Counted from the stretch's first letter, positions 18,373 to 27,884 are shown. The stretch: 64,000 bases of DNA from a virus (IMGVR_UViG_3300010885_011634:27264-91263); one strand, 5' to 3'. Notes: generated from the letters alone by a model not told the origin. A program made the numbers and translations.

Positions 18373-18708
18373 ATGAGACCGCTTTGTAGGTGCGGGCAAC
18401 GACCCCGTGCAGTTAATTATAAAAAAGGTGACAAAGTTTATTATAGATCTTTGTGTGAAGTCTGCATGGCCAATGGGATATATTACGGAGTGCCTCGTTG
18501 GGTACGTGCTGGATACAAAATAAAATCACAATGCGATAAATGTGGATTTCAATCGCAACATAAAGAAGTGTTTAGAGTGTTTCATATTGATGGCGACTTA
18601 AACAACTGTCGCCATTCAAATTTGAAAACTGTATGCTCTAATTGTGTTCAGATATTAAGCAAGGAAGGGATCAACTGGCGCCAGGGCGATCTTATTGCTG
18701 ATTACTAG
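18373..18708 (+). CDS. Zinc-finger HNH-like endonuclease
   Basis: CxC, CxxC, CxxC...HIDGDLNN....NL..VCSNC (HNH with Cys pairs). Confidence 0.75.
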   Translation: MRPLCRCGQRPRAVNYKKGDKVYYRSLCEVCMANGIYYGVPRWVRAGYKIKSQCDKCGFQSQHKEVFRVFHIDGDLNNCRHSNLKTVCSNCVQILSKEGINWRQGDLIADY

Positions 18709-19311
18709 GTCTTTAGCTTGGGTATATAAATCGTCAATTGAACTGTTATTATCAACGATAACATCAAACCCACATCCTAACCAAGCCCATTCGCTAGCGT
18801 GTATACCTCGTAACTTCATATCGTTAAGCCCAATGTTACTGCCGCGATTAGCTGATATAGCACTATCGTACCAATCAGGTAATTCGCCACGCTTTACCCA
18901 TACAATGATGCCGCCAGCTTTTTTAATAGCATCAATTTCGTTAGGGAACCGACAATCACTGATTACTACATGGTCTTTACTATTGCGGAGTTTATTTTCT
19001 AGGCTTGCGATCCAGATATCATCATGGAAACTTTTACGGGCAACTTCTGTGCCCCAATATTGTAAGACCCATCGTGGAGTAAGTGTTGGCATTGCTAGGC
19101 GTTCCGCCCACCATGGATCTACTTGTTCTCGCCATTCACGGGCTTCTTTTGTACGACCTTCAAGCAGCGTTCTGTCCCAGCCAAATACTGCGGCAACAGC
19201 ATCTTTTAATGTTGATGCAAAGCTCTCTCGTCTAAATTCGTGGAAGTTAACTAGATAGTCAGCGACTGTATCTTTGCCGCTGCCAATAAAACCGCAAATA
19301 CCTATAATCAT
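18655..19311 (-). CDS. Deoxynucleoside monophosphate kinase (T4 gp1-like)
   Basis: IIGICGFIGSGKDT, SFA..LKD, TPR.VLQ.WGTEV.R, VISDCRFPNE, HASE. Confidence 0.92.
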   Translation of the reverse strand: MIIGICGFIGSGKDTVADYLVNFHEFRRESFASTLKDAVAAVFGWDRTLLEGRTKEAREWREQVDPWWAERLAMPTLTPRWVLQYWGTEVARKSFHDDIWIASLENKLRNSKDHVVISDCRFPNEIDAIKKAGGIIVWVKRGELPDWYDSAISANRGSNIGLNDMKLRGIHASEWAWLGCGFDVIVDNNSSIDDLYTQAKDLVISNKIALAPVDPFLA

Positions 19312-19330
19312 AAATGTCTCCTATAAGACT

Positions 19331-19359
19331 ATTATATTATAGATTTATTGCAATGTCAA
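19331..19359 (-). promoter_or_regulatory. Consensus sigma70 promoter TTGACA-17-TATAAT for the dNMP kinase
   Basis: Minus strand TTGACA (19359-19354) ttgcaataaatctataa TATAAT (19336-19331), then AGGAG SD. Confidence 0.85.
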
Positions 19360-19365
19360 GACTTT

Positions 19366-20121
19366 TTAGCCAATTACCCAACCCCAACCTTGGGTAGTAA
19401 TACCTGTTTTAAGATCTTCCATTAGCTTTTCCATTTCTGCTGTAGCTTCGCTTTTCATCGCAGCACCATTTAGTGCGCTACCGCCTTGTGGGCCTGCAAT
19501 TTGAGCAAATTTCTCACGTGCTTGTCCAAGCATCATTTTGCAGTTGGCTAATGTATAGTCTTTAATCCATTGACCCGCATAGGTATCATCAATAATAGCA
19601 AAGTCTGGTTTAACATTGTAAACTAAAAGCATTACTGATTCTTCACCCCTAGGACGCTGGTGAATTGTTAATTTCTTACTTTGTGGATTCCAATTGAAGT
19701 TAATAAAGCTACCAAACATTTTGCCTACTAACTCTTGGTACCCTGCAAATAATTCGTAAGTTAGTAATCCGCCCATATTTGTTGAACTTAACAAATAGGT
19801 GTTGGTGTAGGCCATGTTAAATGGTTCAAATACTGTACCACCTGTTCCGCCACCTGTGCGTGATCCAATACTGCGTCGATATATCTGACGAACTTGTTGA
19901 ATTTCTGCGGGCAATATATATTCGTTAGTATCTGTTAAAAGATTTAAGAATATATAGCTTTCTTCTACAGCGTTATCACTTCGCTGACGGAATACGGCTA
20001 ACGCCCGTGTTAGTGCAGTTTCATAGTGAACGGGGTCTAATTCTACATCAACCATGCCATCACCTAGCATAGCTTTACAGTAGTCATAAACGCTTTGTTT
20101 TGAAGTATCTAATTGGCTCAT
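19366..20121 (-). CDS. gp13: Neck protein (gp13-like)
   Basis: LG...VDVELD, WIKDY.LA.CK..LGQAR.KF..I.GP.GG..LNG motif typical of gp13-like neck proteins. Confidence 0.8.
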   Translation of the reverse strand: MSQLDTSKQSVYDYCKAMLGDGMVDVELDPVHYETALTRALAVFRQRSDNAVEESYIFLNLLTDTNEYILPAEIQQVRQIYRRSIGSRTGGGTGGTVFEPFNMAYTNTYLLSSTNMGGLLTYELFAGYQELVGKMFGSFINFNWNPQSKKLTIHQRPRGEESVMLLVYNVKPDFAIIDDTYAGQWIKDYTLANCKMMLGQAREKFAQIAGPQGGSALNGAAMKSEATAEMEKLMEDLKTGITTQGWGWVIG

Positions 20122-20126
20122 ACTGT

Positions 20127-20147
20127 TATTTATCGTTGCGGTAAATA
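20127..20147. promoter_or_regulatory. Back-to-back late promoters driving gp13 (-) and gp14 (+)
   Basis: TAAATA (-) 20132-20127, 5 nt before ATG 20121; TAAATA (+) 20142-20147, 7 nt before ATG 20155. Confidence 0.7.
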
Positions 20148-20154
20148 TATAACT

Positions 20155-21423
20155 ATGCCAAGACTCAGCTTATACCGTCCCGAAAAGGGCAATGATTACA
20201 AATTTATAGATAAGAATATCTGGGAAATGTTCCAGGTTGGCGGCACTGATGTACTTGTACACAAGTATATAGGGCCCGGATCTGCTGCTGGAGTTACTCC
20301 TTCTACACCCGGATACACTACGCCGGGCGAAACACAGATACAAGATCTATTATTCCTAGAAAATCGTGATCGCAAATACGACCCAGACGTATATGTTATG
20401 CGTGGTGTTTATAACATTTCAGACATCGATTTTAACTTATCACAATTTGGACTGTTTCTACAAAACGATACAATCTTTATTAGTTTCCATATAAACGATA
20501 CTGTAGAAAAATTAGGTCGTAAAATCATGGCAGGCGATGTTATTGAACTGCCGCACTTAAAAGACGATCATGCGTTAAACGATTTACAATTTGCCCTAAA
20601 GCGTTTCTTTGTAATTGAAGAAGTTAGCCGTGCTGCTGAAGGATTTTCAGTAACATGGTACCCACACTTGTATCGTGCAAAATGTAAACCACTAGTCGAC
20701 AGTCAAGAGTTCAAAGACATTTTAGATGGCGCAGCGGGTGAAGGCAGTGATCAAAGTCTGCGTGACATTATGTCAACGTATGAAAAAGAAATGCAGATTA
20801 CTCAAGCGGTGCTTAACCAAGCAGAATCTGACGCTCCTCGTAGCGGATATGATACTAGTAAGTTCTATACAGTTCGTAAAGATACAGACGGTAATGCTGA
20901 ATTAGTAACGGTTGACAACGATATTATTGATAGTTATAGTGCCGACCGTACCACACAAGCAACAGATGCAGATGGCAATTTATTATTTGAAGCTGACGGA
21001 GTTACTCCAATGTATGTTGGAGTCACAGCTAGCAGTATGCTTAAATCAGCTGACGAGAAATATTATAACGGTTATATTACCCAAGACGGGCTACCACCAA
21101 ACGGTGCTCCGTTTACGGCAGGAATTGCATTTCCTGTAAATCCAACAGAAGGACAATTCTGTTTACGTAAAGATTACATGCCTAATAGATTGTTCCGCTT
21201 TAATGGAGCACGTTGGGTTAAAGTTGAGGACATTGCACGTATGACTATGAATAATCTAGGTGCTAGCGACACAGGCACCGGTGATGTATTTGACGGCAAA
21301 GATGTACGACAAACACAGAAAACAAGTTTCATTAACAACGAAGCTACTGCTAAGATAGACGGCCGTACAGTTCAAGAAAAACAAAGTTTATCAAAATCTC
21401 TAAGACCAAAGGCGGATGAATAA
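20155..21423 (+). CDS. gp14: Neck protein (gp14-like) with a C-terminal extension
   Basis: D.LFLENRDRKY, LSQFGLFL.ND, GD.IELP motifs; start moved to ATG 20155 (MPRLSLYRPEK) on promoter spacing. Confidence 0.7.
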   Translation: MPRLSLYRPEKGNDYKFIDKNIWEMFQVGGTDVLVHKYIGPGSAAGVTPSTPGYTTPGETQIQDLLFLENRDRKYDPDVYVMRGVYNISDIDFNLSQFGLFLQNDTIFISFHINDTVEKLGRKIMAGDVIELPHLKDDHALNDLQFALKRFFVIEEVSRAAEGFSVTWYPHLYRAKCKPLVDSQEFKDILDGAAGEGSDQSLRDIMSTYEKEMQITQAVLNQAESDAPRSGYDTSKFYTVRKDTDGNAELVTVDNDIIDSYSADRTTQATDADGNLLFEADGVTPMYVGVTASSMLKSADEKYYNGYITQDGLPPNGAPFTAGIAFPVNPTEGQFCLRKDYMPNRLFRFNGARWVKVEDIARMTMNNLGASDTGTGDVFDGKDVRQTQKTSFINNEATAKIDGRTVQEKQSLSKSLRPKADE

Positions 21424-21560
21424 TGGAAAACGAAAACAAAAAAATAACATACAAATGTGTGTGCGGATGTGAAAGACATTGCGGACATAGTTGTCAAGAT
21501 TGTGAAAATTGTCCTGATTGCGAATGCAAACTTTGCCAACAGGGTAAGGAATTTAACTAA
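21423..21560 (+). CDS. 45-aa Cys-rich metallothionein-like protein (absent from the ORF track)
   Basis: MENENKKITYKCVCGCERHCGHSCQDCENCPDCECKLCQQGKEFN*; 10 Cys and 2 His; TAATG overlaps at both ends. Confidence 0.75.
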   Translation: MENENKKITYKCVCGCERHCGHSCQDCENCPDCECKLCQQGKEFN

Positions 21561-23056
21561 TGGATTATTTCTATGACGGGCAGGTAAGACGATATGTAAC
21601 GCAGTTTATGCGTGTGTTTATCGGCTTCAAATATAAAACAGGTGGTGATGTTCCTGAAGAACGCCACGTACCTGTAATGTATGGCGACATGACTAGACAA
21701 GTTGCTAGTATCATTAAAGACAATTCTGAAAATAAAATGAGCACCGTTCCTCGTGTAGCTTGTTATATTTCAGGATTAGAAATGGATATGGATAGAATGT
21801 CTGATGCTAGTTTTGTCAGCAAAGTTAATATTCGTGAAAGACGTTATACTGATGTTGACGGCGACGGGTTAGCTGACTATCAAAATGTGCAAGGCGGTAA
21901 TTATACTGTTGAACGTTTAATGCCTACTCCATTTAAGTTAAGCATGAAGGCAGAAATTTGGACCAGCAATACAGATCAAAAATTACAATTATTAGAACAA
22001 ATTTTAGTGTTGTTTAATCCAAGTTTAGAAATTCAAACAACGGACAACTATATTGATTGGACTAGTTTAAGTGTAATCAATTTGTCATCAATTAATTTTA
22101 GTTCAAGAACAATTCCACAAGGTGCAGATTCTGACATTGATATTTGCAGTATGGAATTTGACATGCCCATTTATATCAGTCCGCCTGCTAAAGTTAAACG
22201 ATTAGGTGTTGTAAAAAGTATTATCAATAATGTGTTCACTGAGCAAGGTGATATTGTAAGATTAGAAGATCTTGTGTTTAACAGAAACAAAGGTACATTT
22301 GAAGCGATTCCGTTGAGATTTAGAGTGCTGTTATTCAAATCTAGTAACGGCCAACCGTACGATTATGATCTAACATTGGTAAATCCAGATGCTGCGGTGT
22401 TGGCGCTAGGGCTTGATCAAAAATCTATTAAGACCGGTGAACCGGTTGACTGGAACAGTATATTAGATGTGCAAGGCGGATATACCGCCGATAGTCAAGC
22501 ATATTTCAAACAGGCAACCGGATACGATCTAGTTGGTACTTTTGCGGTAAATTCAGTTGATCCTAGTGTAGTAGTTGTAACATTTGATCAAGATACAATT
22601 CCTCAAAACACTTCTATTGCAAGTACCGTTAACGGTATCGATGCTAGAGGAACGGTAGATGCAATTATAGATCCTTACAAATATAATCCAGTTACTACCT
22701 ATGGAAGTCGTGCAGCAATTCCGTTAGGTATTAGATTCTTGATGCTTGATGATGTTAATAACAGTGAAAATGTTGGTCAATCGTACGGAGTTTCTCCGTT
22801 TACAAATAATTATGATGGCCCAGATGCTTGGAAAAATAGCGACGGAAACGATCCTGTAATTAAAGCAAATAGTATTATTGAATGGAATGGTAGCGCCTGG
22901 GTAACTATTTGGAATCCTGCTACAGGTGCTAATCCTACATATCTACAAAATCTACGCACCGGCATCAAATATCGTTGGGACGGTGATCAATGGCTTAAAG
23001 CGTTTGAAGGCGAGTATGCGCCAGGATATTGGGGCTTTGTTCTAGATCCGCAATAA
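21560..23056 (+). CDS. gp15: Tail sheath stabiliser/terminator (gp15-like) with a C-terminal extension
   Basis: YFYDGQVRRY..QF, VPVMYG, P.PF.L......W..NTDQKLQLLEQIL.LFNP, gp15-type. Confidence 0.8.
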   Translation: MDYFYDGQVRRYVTQFMRVFIGFKYKTGGDVPEERHVPVMYGDMTRQVASIIKDNSENKMSTVPRVACYISGLEMDMDRMSDASFVSKVNIRERRYTDVDGDGLADYQNVQGGNYTVERLMPTPFKLSMKAEIWTSNTDQKLQLLEQILVLFNPSLEIQTTDNYIDWTSLSVINLSSINFSSRTIPQGADSDIDICSMEFDMPIYISPPAKVKRLGVVKSIINNVFTEQGDIVRLEDLVFNRNKGTFEAIPLRFRVLLFKSSNGQPYDYDLTLVNPDAAVLALGLDQKSIKTGEPVDWNSILDVQGGYTADSQAYFKQATGYDLVGTFAVNSVDPSVVVVTFDQDTIPQNTSIASTVNGIDARGTVDAIIDPYKYNPVTTYGSRAAIPLGIRFLMLDDVNNSENVGQSYGVSPFTNNYDGPDAWKNSDGNDPVIKANSIIEWNGSAWVTIWNPATGANPTYLQNLRTGIKYRWDGDQWLKAFEGEYAPGYWGFVLDPQ

Positions 23057-23063
23057 GTACGTG

Positions 23064-23450
23064 ATGCAACAACGTGCCGGATTACTTTTTTTAGCAAAAA
23101 CCACAGGTCGAACATTATTGATTCTTGAAGATCAAAAGTGGACCGTACCAACCTTTACTAGAAAATCCACGCTATTAGAAGATGCAGATAGTTTATTAGA
23201 AAGTTATTCTAAAGGCAAAATAGTTCCAATAGAATTGTATCTATCAGAAGATAAAGGATTTGAATACGGCACATATATTTGTTTAGTTAATGAGGAATTT
23301 TTAACTATCGCCGCATCAACGATTAGCTGGTCTAGTTTAGATAATTTGCCAAAACAATTACACAACGGGCTTAAGGCTACATTAAATAATCAAATTATAA
23401 GAACTAAAATTGATACTATTATGGAGTTAGAAATTGTTACAAGCAATTAG
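23064..23450 (+). CDS. Hypothetical protein, possibly a degenerate NUDIX-fold protein
   Basis: AGLLFLA..TGR.LL...W and F.Y.TYICLV.EEF...W...P..LH.GL resemble a NUDIX scaffold, but the Nudix box is absent; ATG 4 nt after TAAGTA. Confidence 0.45.
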   Translation: MQQRAGLLFLAKTTGRTLLILEDQKWTVPTFTRKSTLLEDADSLLESYSKGKIVPIELYLSEDKGFEYGTYICLVNEEFLTIAASTISWSSLDNLPKQLHNGLKATLNNQIIRTKIDTIMELEIVTSN

Positions 23451-23715
23451 AAAATCTAGTCGATTTCTTGAAGATTATAACAAATACCAAGAAGCTATTT
23501 CTAAAATTCCGGATGGCGCTTTCAAGGAAGAAGCTAAAACTTTATTGAATCGCCTATCTGCTGAAGTTAAAAAATTAGATGAGATGCATAATGAGATGGT
23601 GTTCTCAAAGCAGTTGCCTACTATTGGCCATGAGATGCGCGAACAAATAGTAACTCTTAGAAAACAATTAGAAATTAAACTTAAAGATTTTCAAGAAACA
23701 AAAAAATCTACTTAG
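23434..23715 (+). CDS. Hypothetical coiled-coil protein
   Basis: TTG start with a GGAG SD; helical charged sequence. Confidence 0.6.
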   Translation: MLQAIRKSSRFLEDYNKYQEAISKIPDGAFKEEAKTLLNRLSAEVKKLDEMHNEMVFSKQLPTIGHEMREQIVTLRKQLEIKLKDFQETKKST

Positions 23716-24812
23716 ATTACTGAGAAAGATTTTACAAAAATTGCACCAACCATCGCAATTCTTCCAGAGCACTGATATCGATAAGTTCCAGAAATACCAT
23801 CTGGAATTTTCCAATATAGTGTTCCTGAATCTTTTCCTTGGGCACTTGATCCTGTTGATACAACTCCTGTAGTGCTAACATGAACCAATCCAACGCTGTA
23901 TTCTAATGCTGTTGCGTCTTGAATCAACATAGATAGACCGGGTGTTTGGAGATTAAAGGCAATAGTAGTGCCAGTCAATACAAATAATGATGGGTTATTA
24001 CCAGTATATTGATCAAAGCGGTAAGCAGTAACTCCAATATTAGTTACATTTAATCTAGTAATAGCCTGCAGATAAATTTGATCTATTGTTAAATTTGCAG
24101 TAACTATATCGGATAACCCATTAAATGTAGTTGCCGTACCAGAATTTGTAATAGTAATTGTATCAGTGCTAGCATCTCCCGAAATGCTAATGCCAGTACC
24201 GGCCACTAACGTAAGAGTATCAGTTGTCGAGTCTGCTACTAAATTGCTGCCACCTGCTACTGAAACAGTTGCAAAACTATTTGTAGATGCTCCAACTGCC
24301 GCTGAAATTGTAATAACATCGGTTGTTGCGTCAGTTGTAATTAATATATTAGAACCTGCTACTAGTGTAACAGTATCATTTCCGGAATCTGCGCTAACTG
24401 TTGATTGCCCTGCAACGGCAATGTTTGAAAAATTTGATTGTGTGTTAGTAATAACAATCTCGCCATCTGCGGTGCTTGAGGTTGCAATACCGCTGCCACC
24501 GGAAAATTGAATACTATTTCCTGTAGTTATTGGTCTAGCTGTAGAATCGTCAGCAACAATAGTTAGGTCAAATCCTCCGCCAGTACTACTTGCTACTCCG
24601 GCTGCCGCCGCCTTTGCACGAAAAGTAGAATTTTCAACGTTAGTTAAATCGTTCTTAGCTAAACTATATCCACCAAGCTGTGCTCCATCAAAAACACGAA
24701 GAGTTTTTAAGGTTTGATCGTAAAAAATTTCACCACGAGATCCTAATTTTCTATCTAAGAATTCTTGATCTCTAGGGAAAACACGCAGATTATTAATAAT
24801 TGAGTTCTTCAT
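23712..24812 (-). CDS. Fibre-like virion protein with internal beta repeats and a cupredoxin-like C-terminal domain
   Basis: N-terminal GEIFYD....LRVFDG...GG..LA module; repeats F..I.VAG....ADS..DT.TLVAG..I.I..DA.TD.ITI; C-terminal YQCSGRIAMVG. Start 24812 lies 5 nt after TAAATA. Confidence 0.6.
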   Translation of the reverse strand: MKNSIINNLRVFPRDQEFLDRKLGSRGEIFYDQTLKTLRVFDGAQLGGYSLAKNDLTNVENSTFRAKAAAAGVASSTGGGFDLTIVADDSTARPITTGNSIQFSGGSGIATSSTADGEIVITNTQSNFSNIAVAGQSTVSADSGNDTVTLVAGSNILITTDATTDVITISAAVGASTNSFATVSVAGGSNLVADSTTDTLTLVAGTGISISGDASTDTITITNSGTATTFNGLSDIVTANLTIDQIYLQAITRLNVTNIGVTAYRFDQYTGNNPSLFVLTGTTIAFNLQTPGLSMLIQDATALEYSVGLVHVSTTGVVSTGSSAQGKDSGTLYWKIPDGISGTYRYQCSGRIAMVGAIFVKSFSVI

Positions 24813-24894
24813 GTTAATATTTATGCTCAATTTTCATTAACAGTGGATAGCCATTGAACTAAGTAAACAATGTACTTACTATGCGATGTGACCT

Positions 24895-25470
24895 ATGAAA
24901 ATAGCTACTAATGCTATCCCGTTAAAATATCAAGAATCTATCTTGGCCGCAGTTACAGATAGGAAATTCCCATGGTTTCCGGTACATGAACAATACAGCA
25001 ATAATACACGTATGACTTTTAGTCATTTGATTATTAATGACGGACCTGATCAGGCGCCTGGATCTACTGCATCCGGATACTATAACCTGTTTCTTCCTAT
25101 TGTATATTCAATGGCAGATCTTATAGGAAAGCCTATAAAAAAAGTTCTTAGAATTCGAGTTGGGTTAATTTTACCTACACCGTGGTTGCCTGCAATTAAC
25201 GACACTATTATATACGAACAATCAGGTGATGATGCACATCAGGATTTTTTCTTACCACACCATACAGGATTATATTATATTAATTCAAGCGATGGAGATA
25301 CTGTCATATACAATGAAAAATCTCAAGCAGATACCTATACAGAGTTATCTAAAATTTCACCAGAGCAAGGAAAAATTTGTGTATTTGATGGAGAGCACTT
25401 TCATGCTGCTGGTACTCCTAGCTGTTCTCCTTATCGATTAGTTGCTACTTTTAATTTTACCACATTATGA
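24895..25470 (+). CDS. Fe(II)/2OG oxygenase (HxD type)
   Basis: HQD...LYYINSSDGDTVIY...FDGEHFHA...R.V.TFN. Confidence 0.85.
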   Translation: MKIATNAIPLKYQESILAAVTDRKFPWFPVHEQYSNNTRMTFSHLIINDGPDQAPGSTASGYYNLFLPIVYSMADLIGKPIKKVLRIRVGLILPTPWLPAINDTIIYEQSGDDAHQDFFLPHHTGLYYINSSDGDTVIYNEKSQADTYTELSKISPEQGKICVFDGEHFHAAGTPSCSPYRLVATFNFTTL

Positions 25471-26207
25471 GTATTTTTAATTTTTTCAAAAAACCAAAGC
25501 CCTTAAAGACTGTAGTTTGGTCAGTTGTTCCAGGTCTTGAAGAAATAGTTCCTCCCACTCCAATGAAGGATAACATCCCTAGCTGGTTCAAAAACATGCC
25601 CAAAGATATTGCTCCGCTGGCAATGCTACATCCAGGAACAGCTAAACGTTGCCCTTCGTTTGTAGACTATTTTAGTCAAGGATTTGTTGTTAAAATGTGG
25701 TGCGATCTAGCCGTTACTATTAATGAAGATAGATCGTATAACGTTTATACTCCTGAAGATTGTTTTAGATTTGAAAATCACGGCGACGAACAATTTTTAG
25801 ATTATATTCCTAATCGAAAAGAACTAAACATTAGTATGGTGCTTAAGGCGTTTTGTCCGTGGAGAGTACTTACACCGCCGGGCTATTCATTAATGCAACT
25901 ACCGTTAATTTACAACTTTAATAAAGATTTTACAGTATTTCCAGGATTAATCTGGACTGACGTTCATCATGAAATTAATCAGCAAATTGCATTTCACGGT
26001 TATGGTGATTTTTTTATTCCTAGAGGAACTCCTTTGGCTGCGTACATTCCATTCAAACGAGAAAGACATGATTTAGAAGTATCTAAGAACACTGAAGAAC
26101 TCTCGTATCGTGATAGGATTGCATACTATTGGTGGGCGGGAAAATTTAAGAACGGGTATAGAGAGCATCAAATAGAACTCAAAAAAGGAGAAAGAAATGA
26201 CAGTTGA
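25467..26207 (+). CDS. Hypothetical beta-rich protein (DUF6065-like/dUTPase-like fold suspected)
   Basis: KRCP.F.DY...G, PWR..TPPGYS, PG.I.TD, I.RGTPL..YIPFKR motifs. Confidence 0.45.
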   Translation: MSIFNFFKKPKPLKTVVWSVVPGLEEIVPPTPMKDNIPSWFKNMPKDIAPLAMLHPGTAKRCPSFVDYFSQGFVVKMWCDLAVTINEDRSYNVYTPEDCFRFENHGDEQFLDYIPNRKELNISMVLKAFCPWRVLTPPGYSLMQLPLIYNFNKDFTVFPGLIWTDVHHEINQQIAFHGYGDFFIPRGTPLAAYIPFKRERHDLEVSKNTEELSYRDRIAYYWWAGKFKNGYREHQIELKKGERNDS

Positions 26208-26436
26208 TGAATTAGTAGCAGGCAAGAATTATTTTTGTGATTATTTTGTAAATGTTGATCCAGAACAAGTTCCATCATTAGCAGGACAAAATATTCCTAT
26301 GGCTAGAATGAACGGTAAAGCACAAATAATGCAACGCGATGTGGAGTCAAAACTGTGTATCATTGTCGATTTAATGTCACATCAAGAATATGTTGTGCCG
26401 TTTGAAAACATTTCACAGATTCAAGAAGTAGCATAA
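26197..26436 (+). CDS. Small hypothetical protein
   Basis: AGGAG SD; overlaps the upstream stop. Confidence 0.65.
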   Translation: MTVDELVAGKNYFCDYFVNVDPEQVPSLAGQNIPMARMNGKAQIMQRDVESKLCIIVDLMSHQEYVVPFENISQIQEVA

Positions 26437-26445
26437 TAGTTACAA

Positions 26446-27036
26446 ATGATTAACGATATTATTGTTTTAGATGATGTTATTCCTAAAGCATATCAAGATG
26501 CTATTGAAAAACGTGTAATGACGGAAAATTTCCCTTGGTGGTATCAATCTGATAGTTCATATACGGACAAAATTGATGCTAAAAGATTTCCAAGTTTTAA
26601 TCATTTGTTATCTAAAAATGGTGTTGAATATAATCAATCTACTTCATTCTTTTTACCGATTGCATATCATGCCTGTGAAAAGATCAATTTCAAAATTAAT
26701 GATTTTATCTACATTAAAAGCTGCCTACAAATGCCTATAATTATGGATACCAGCGACCGAAGTAACAATGTACATATCGATAGTCAAATTCCTCATTTAG
26801 TTGTACTTTACTACGTAACCGACAGTGATGGTGATACTATAATATATGATAGGATGTATGATAAATCAACGGAAAACTGGATAGATATTACTCGCTTAGA
26901 ACACAACAAACTACCCGTTAAGCAAACGGTAACACCTAAAAAGGGAAGAGTAGTGCTATTTGACGGGCGATATTTGCATAATAGTTCAACTCCGTTACAC
27001 GGCCCTAGATGTATCCTTAATTTTGATGTTGTATAA
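26446..27036 (+). CDS. Fe(II)/2OG oxygenase (HxD type)
   Basis: HID...LYYVTDSDGDT...PKKGRVVLFDG..LHNSS.P....R.ILNFD. Confidence 0.88.
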   Translation: MINDIIVLDDVIPKAYQDAIEKRVMTENFPWWYQSDSSYTDKIDAKRFPSFNHLLSKNGVEYNQSTSFFLPIAYHACEKINFKINDFIYIKSCLQMPIIMDTSDRSNNVHIDSQIPHLVVLYYVTDSDGDTIIYDRMYDKSTENWIDITRLEHNKLPVKQTVTPKKGRVVLFDGRYLHNSSTPLHGPRCILNFDVV

Positions 27037-27071
27037 ATATAGTATATTATTTGATACAAGGAGTATTAACA

Positions 27072-27242
27072 ATGTGGACTGTAGAAGGTAAAACGTTTGA
27101 TCGCTACTATAAGGCATACGAGTATGCTGCTGGGTTATCAACAGAATTACAAAGAGAAGTAGAGATTATTAAACAAGGCGAATCTAAAGGCGTTAAAATT
27201 TTTGTAGGAAGAATTGTATCAGGCTACGCTGCAGATATTTAG
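27072..27242 (+). CDS. Small hypothetical protein
   Basis: ATG 27072 with an AGGAG SD, preceded by a perfect TATAAATA at 27032-27039. Confidence 0.6.
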   Translation: MWTVEGKTFDRYYKAYEYAAGLSTELQREVEIIKQGESKGVKIFVGRIVSGYAADI

Positions 27243-27883
27243 AGTCTACTAAAATCTAGCTCAGATAAATTAGGGTTAGATCCTACTTTTCCAATTATCA
27301 TAGAGTTAAAAGCTAACGATTTCCTTGGGGTAGAGAACGAATTTTTATCTACCCCATGTTTAAGATAACTAGGAAATAATAATAACGTATTTTTCCTAGG
27401 GTTAACTTTATAAAAATCCCAAGCAAAGTCATTTTCAATAGATGCGTCACGGCAAATCTCAAATTGCGTTATTTTACTTGGTCTTAAAAAAGATAACGGT
27501 TCAAACGGAGGCTCTTGCCAATAGAAGCATCCCGATATCAAACTGTTTGGATGCCGGTGGTATGTGTGTTGCTCGTTAACGTTTTTAATCGATACCCAAC
27601 TTTGTGTCAATTCTATCTTTTCAAATCGGTATGCAAGTACTTCACGAGCATAGATTTCTAAATGTGTTATAATAAAATCTCTTAGTAGCTTACACTTAGG
27701 ATTATCTAAAATATACGTATCTTCACTTACAGATCCATATGTCTGTACATTTTCGTAGGCATTATTTGATCTCAATTTAGCAGTATCTAAAAACTCAACT
27801 GCTTCCGCTACATCTTTTTGACACAATGCAAAATATAACGGTGTTGGAAATATTCCTATAACTTCGGTAAAATCTTCATTCAT
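27239..27883 (-). CDS. Putative 2OG-Fe(II) oxygenase, TIGR02466-like (HxH type)
   Basis: IFPTP, SW, HRHPNSLISG.FY, LLLFPSYLKHGV, RKSLAFN; start moved to 27883 (GGGAG SD). Confidence 0.85.
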   Translation of the reverse strand: MNEDFTEVIGIFPTPLYFALCQKDVAEAVEFLDTAKLRSNNAYENVQTYGSVSEDTYILDNPKCKLLRDFIITHLEIYAREVLAYRFEKIELTQSWVSIKNVNEQHTYHRHPNSLISGCFYWQEPPFEPLSFLRPSKITQFEICRDASIENDFAWDFYKVNPRKNTLLLFPSYLKHGVDKNSFSTPRKSLAFNSMIIGKVGSNPNLSELDFSRL

Positions 27884-27884
27884 C

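Noticed and set aside
24860-24911. TAAGTA followed 4 nt later by ATG 24870 opening a 13-codon ORF (MYLLCDVTYENSY) overlapping the oxygenase start; TAAGTA/TACTTA mini inverted repeat
   Set aside because: Probably the promoter of the plus-strand operon, but the peptide is too short to support as a gene or RiPP precursor without conservation data.
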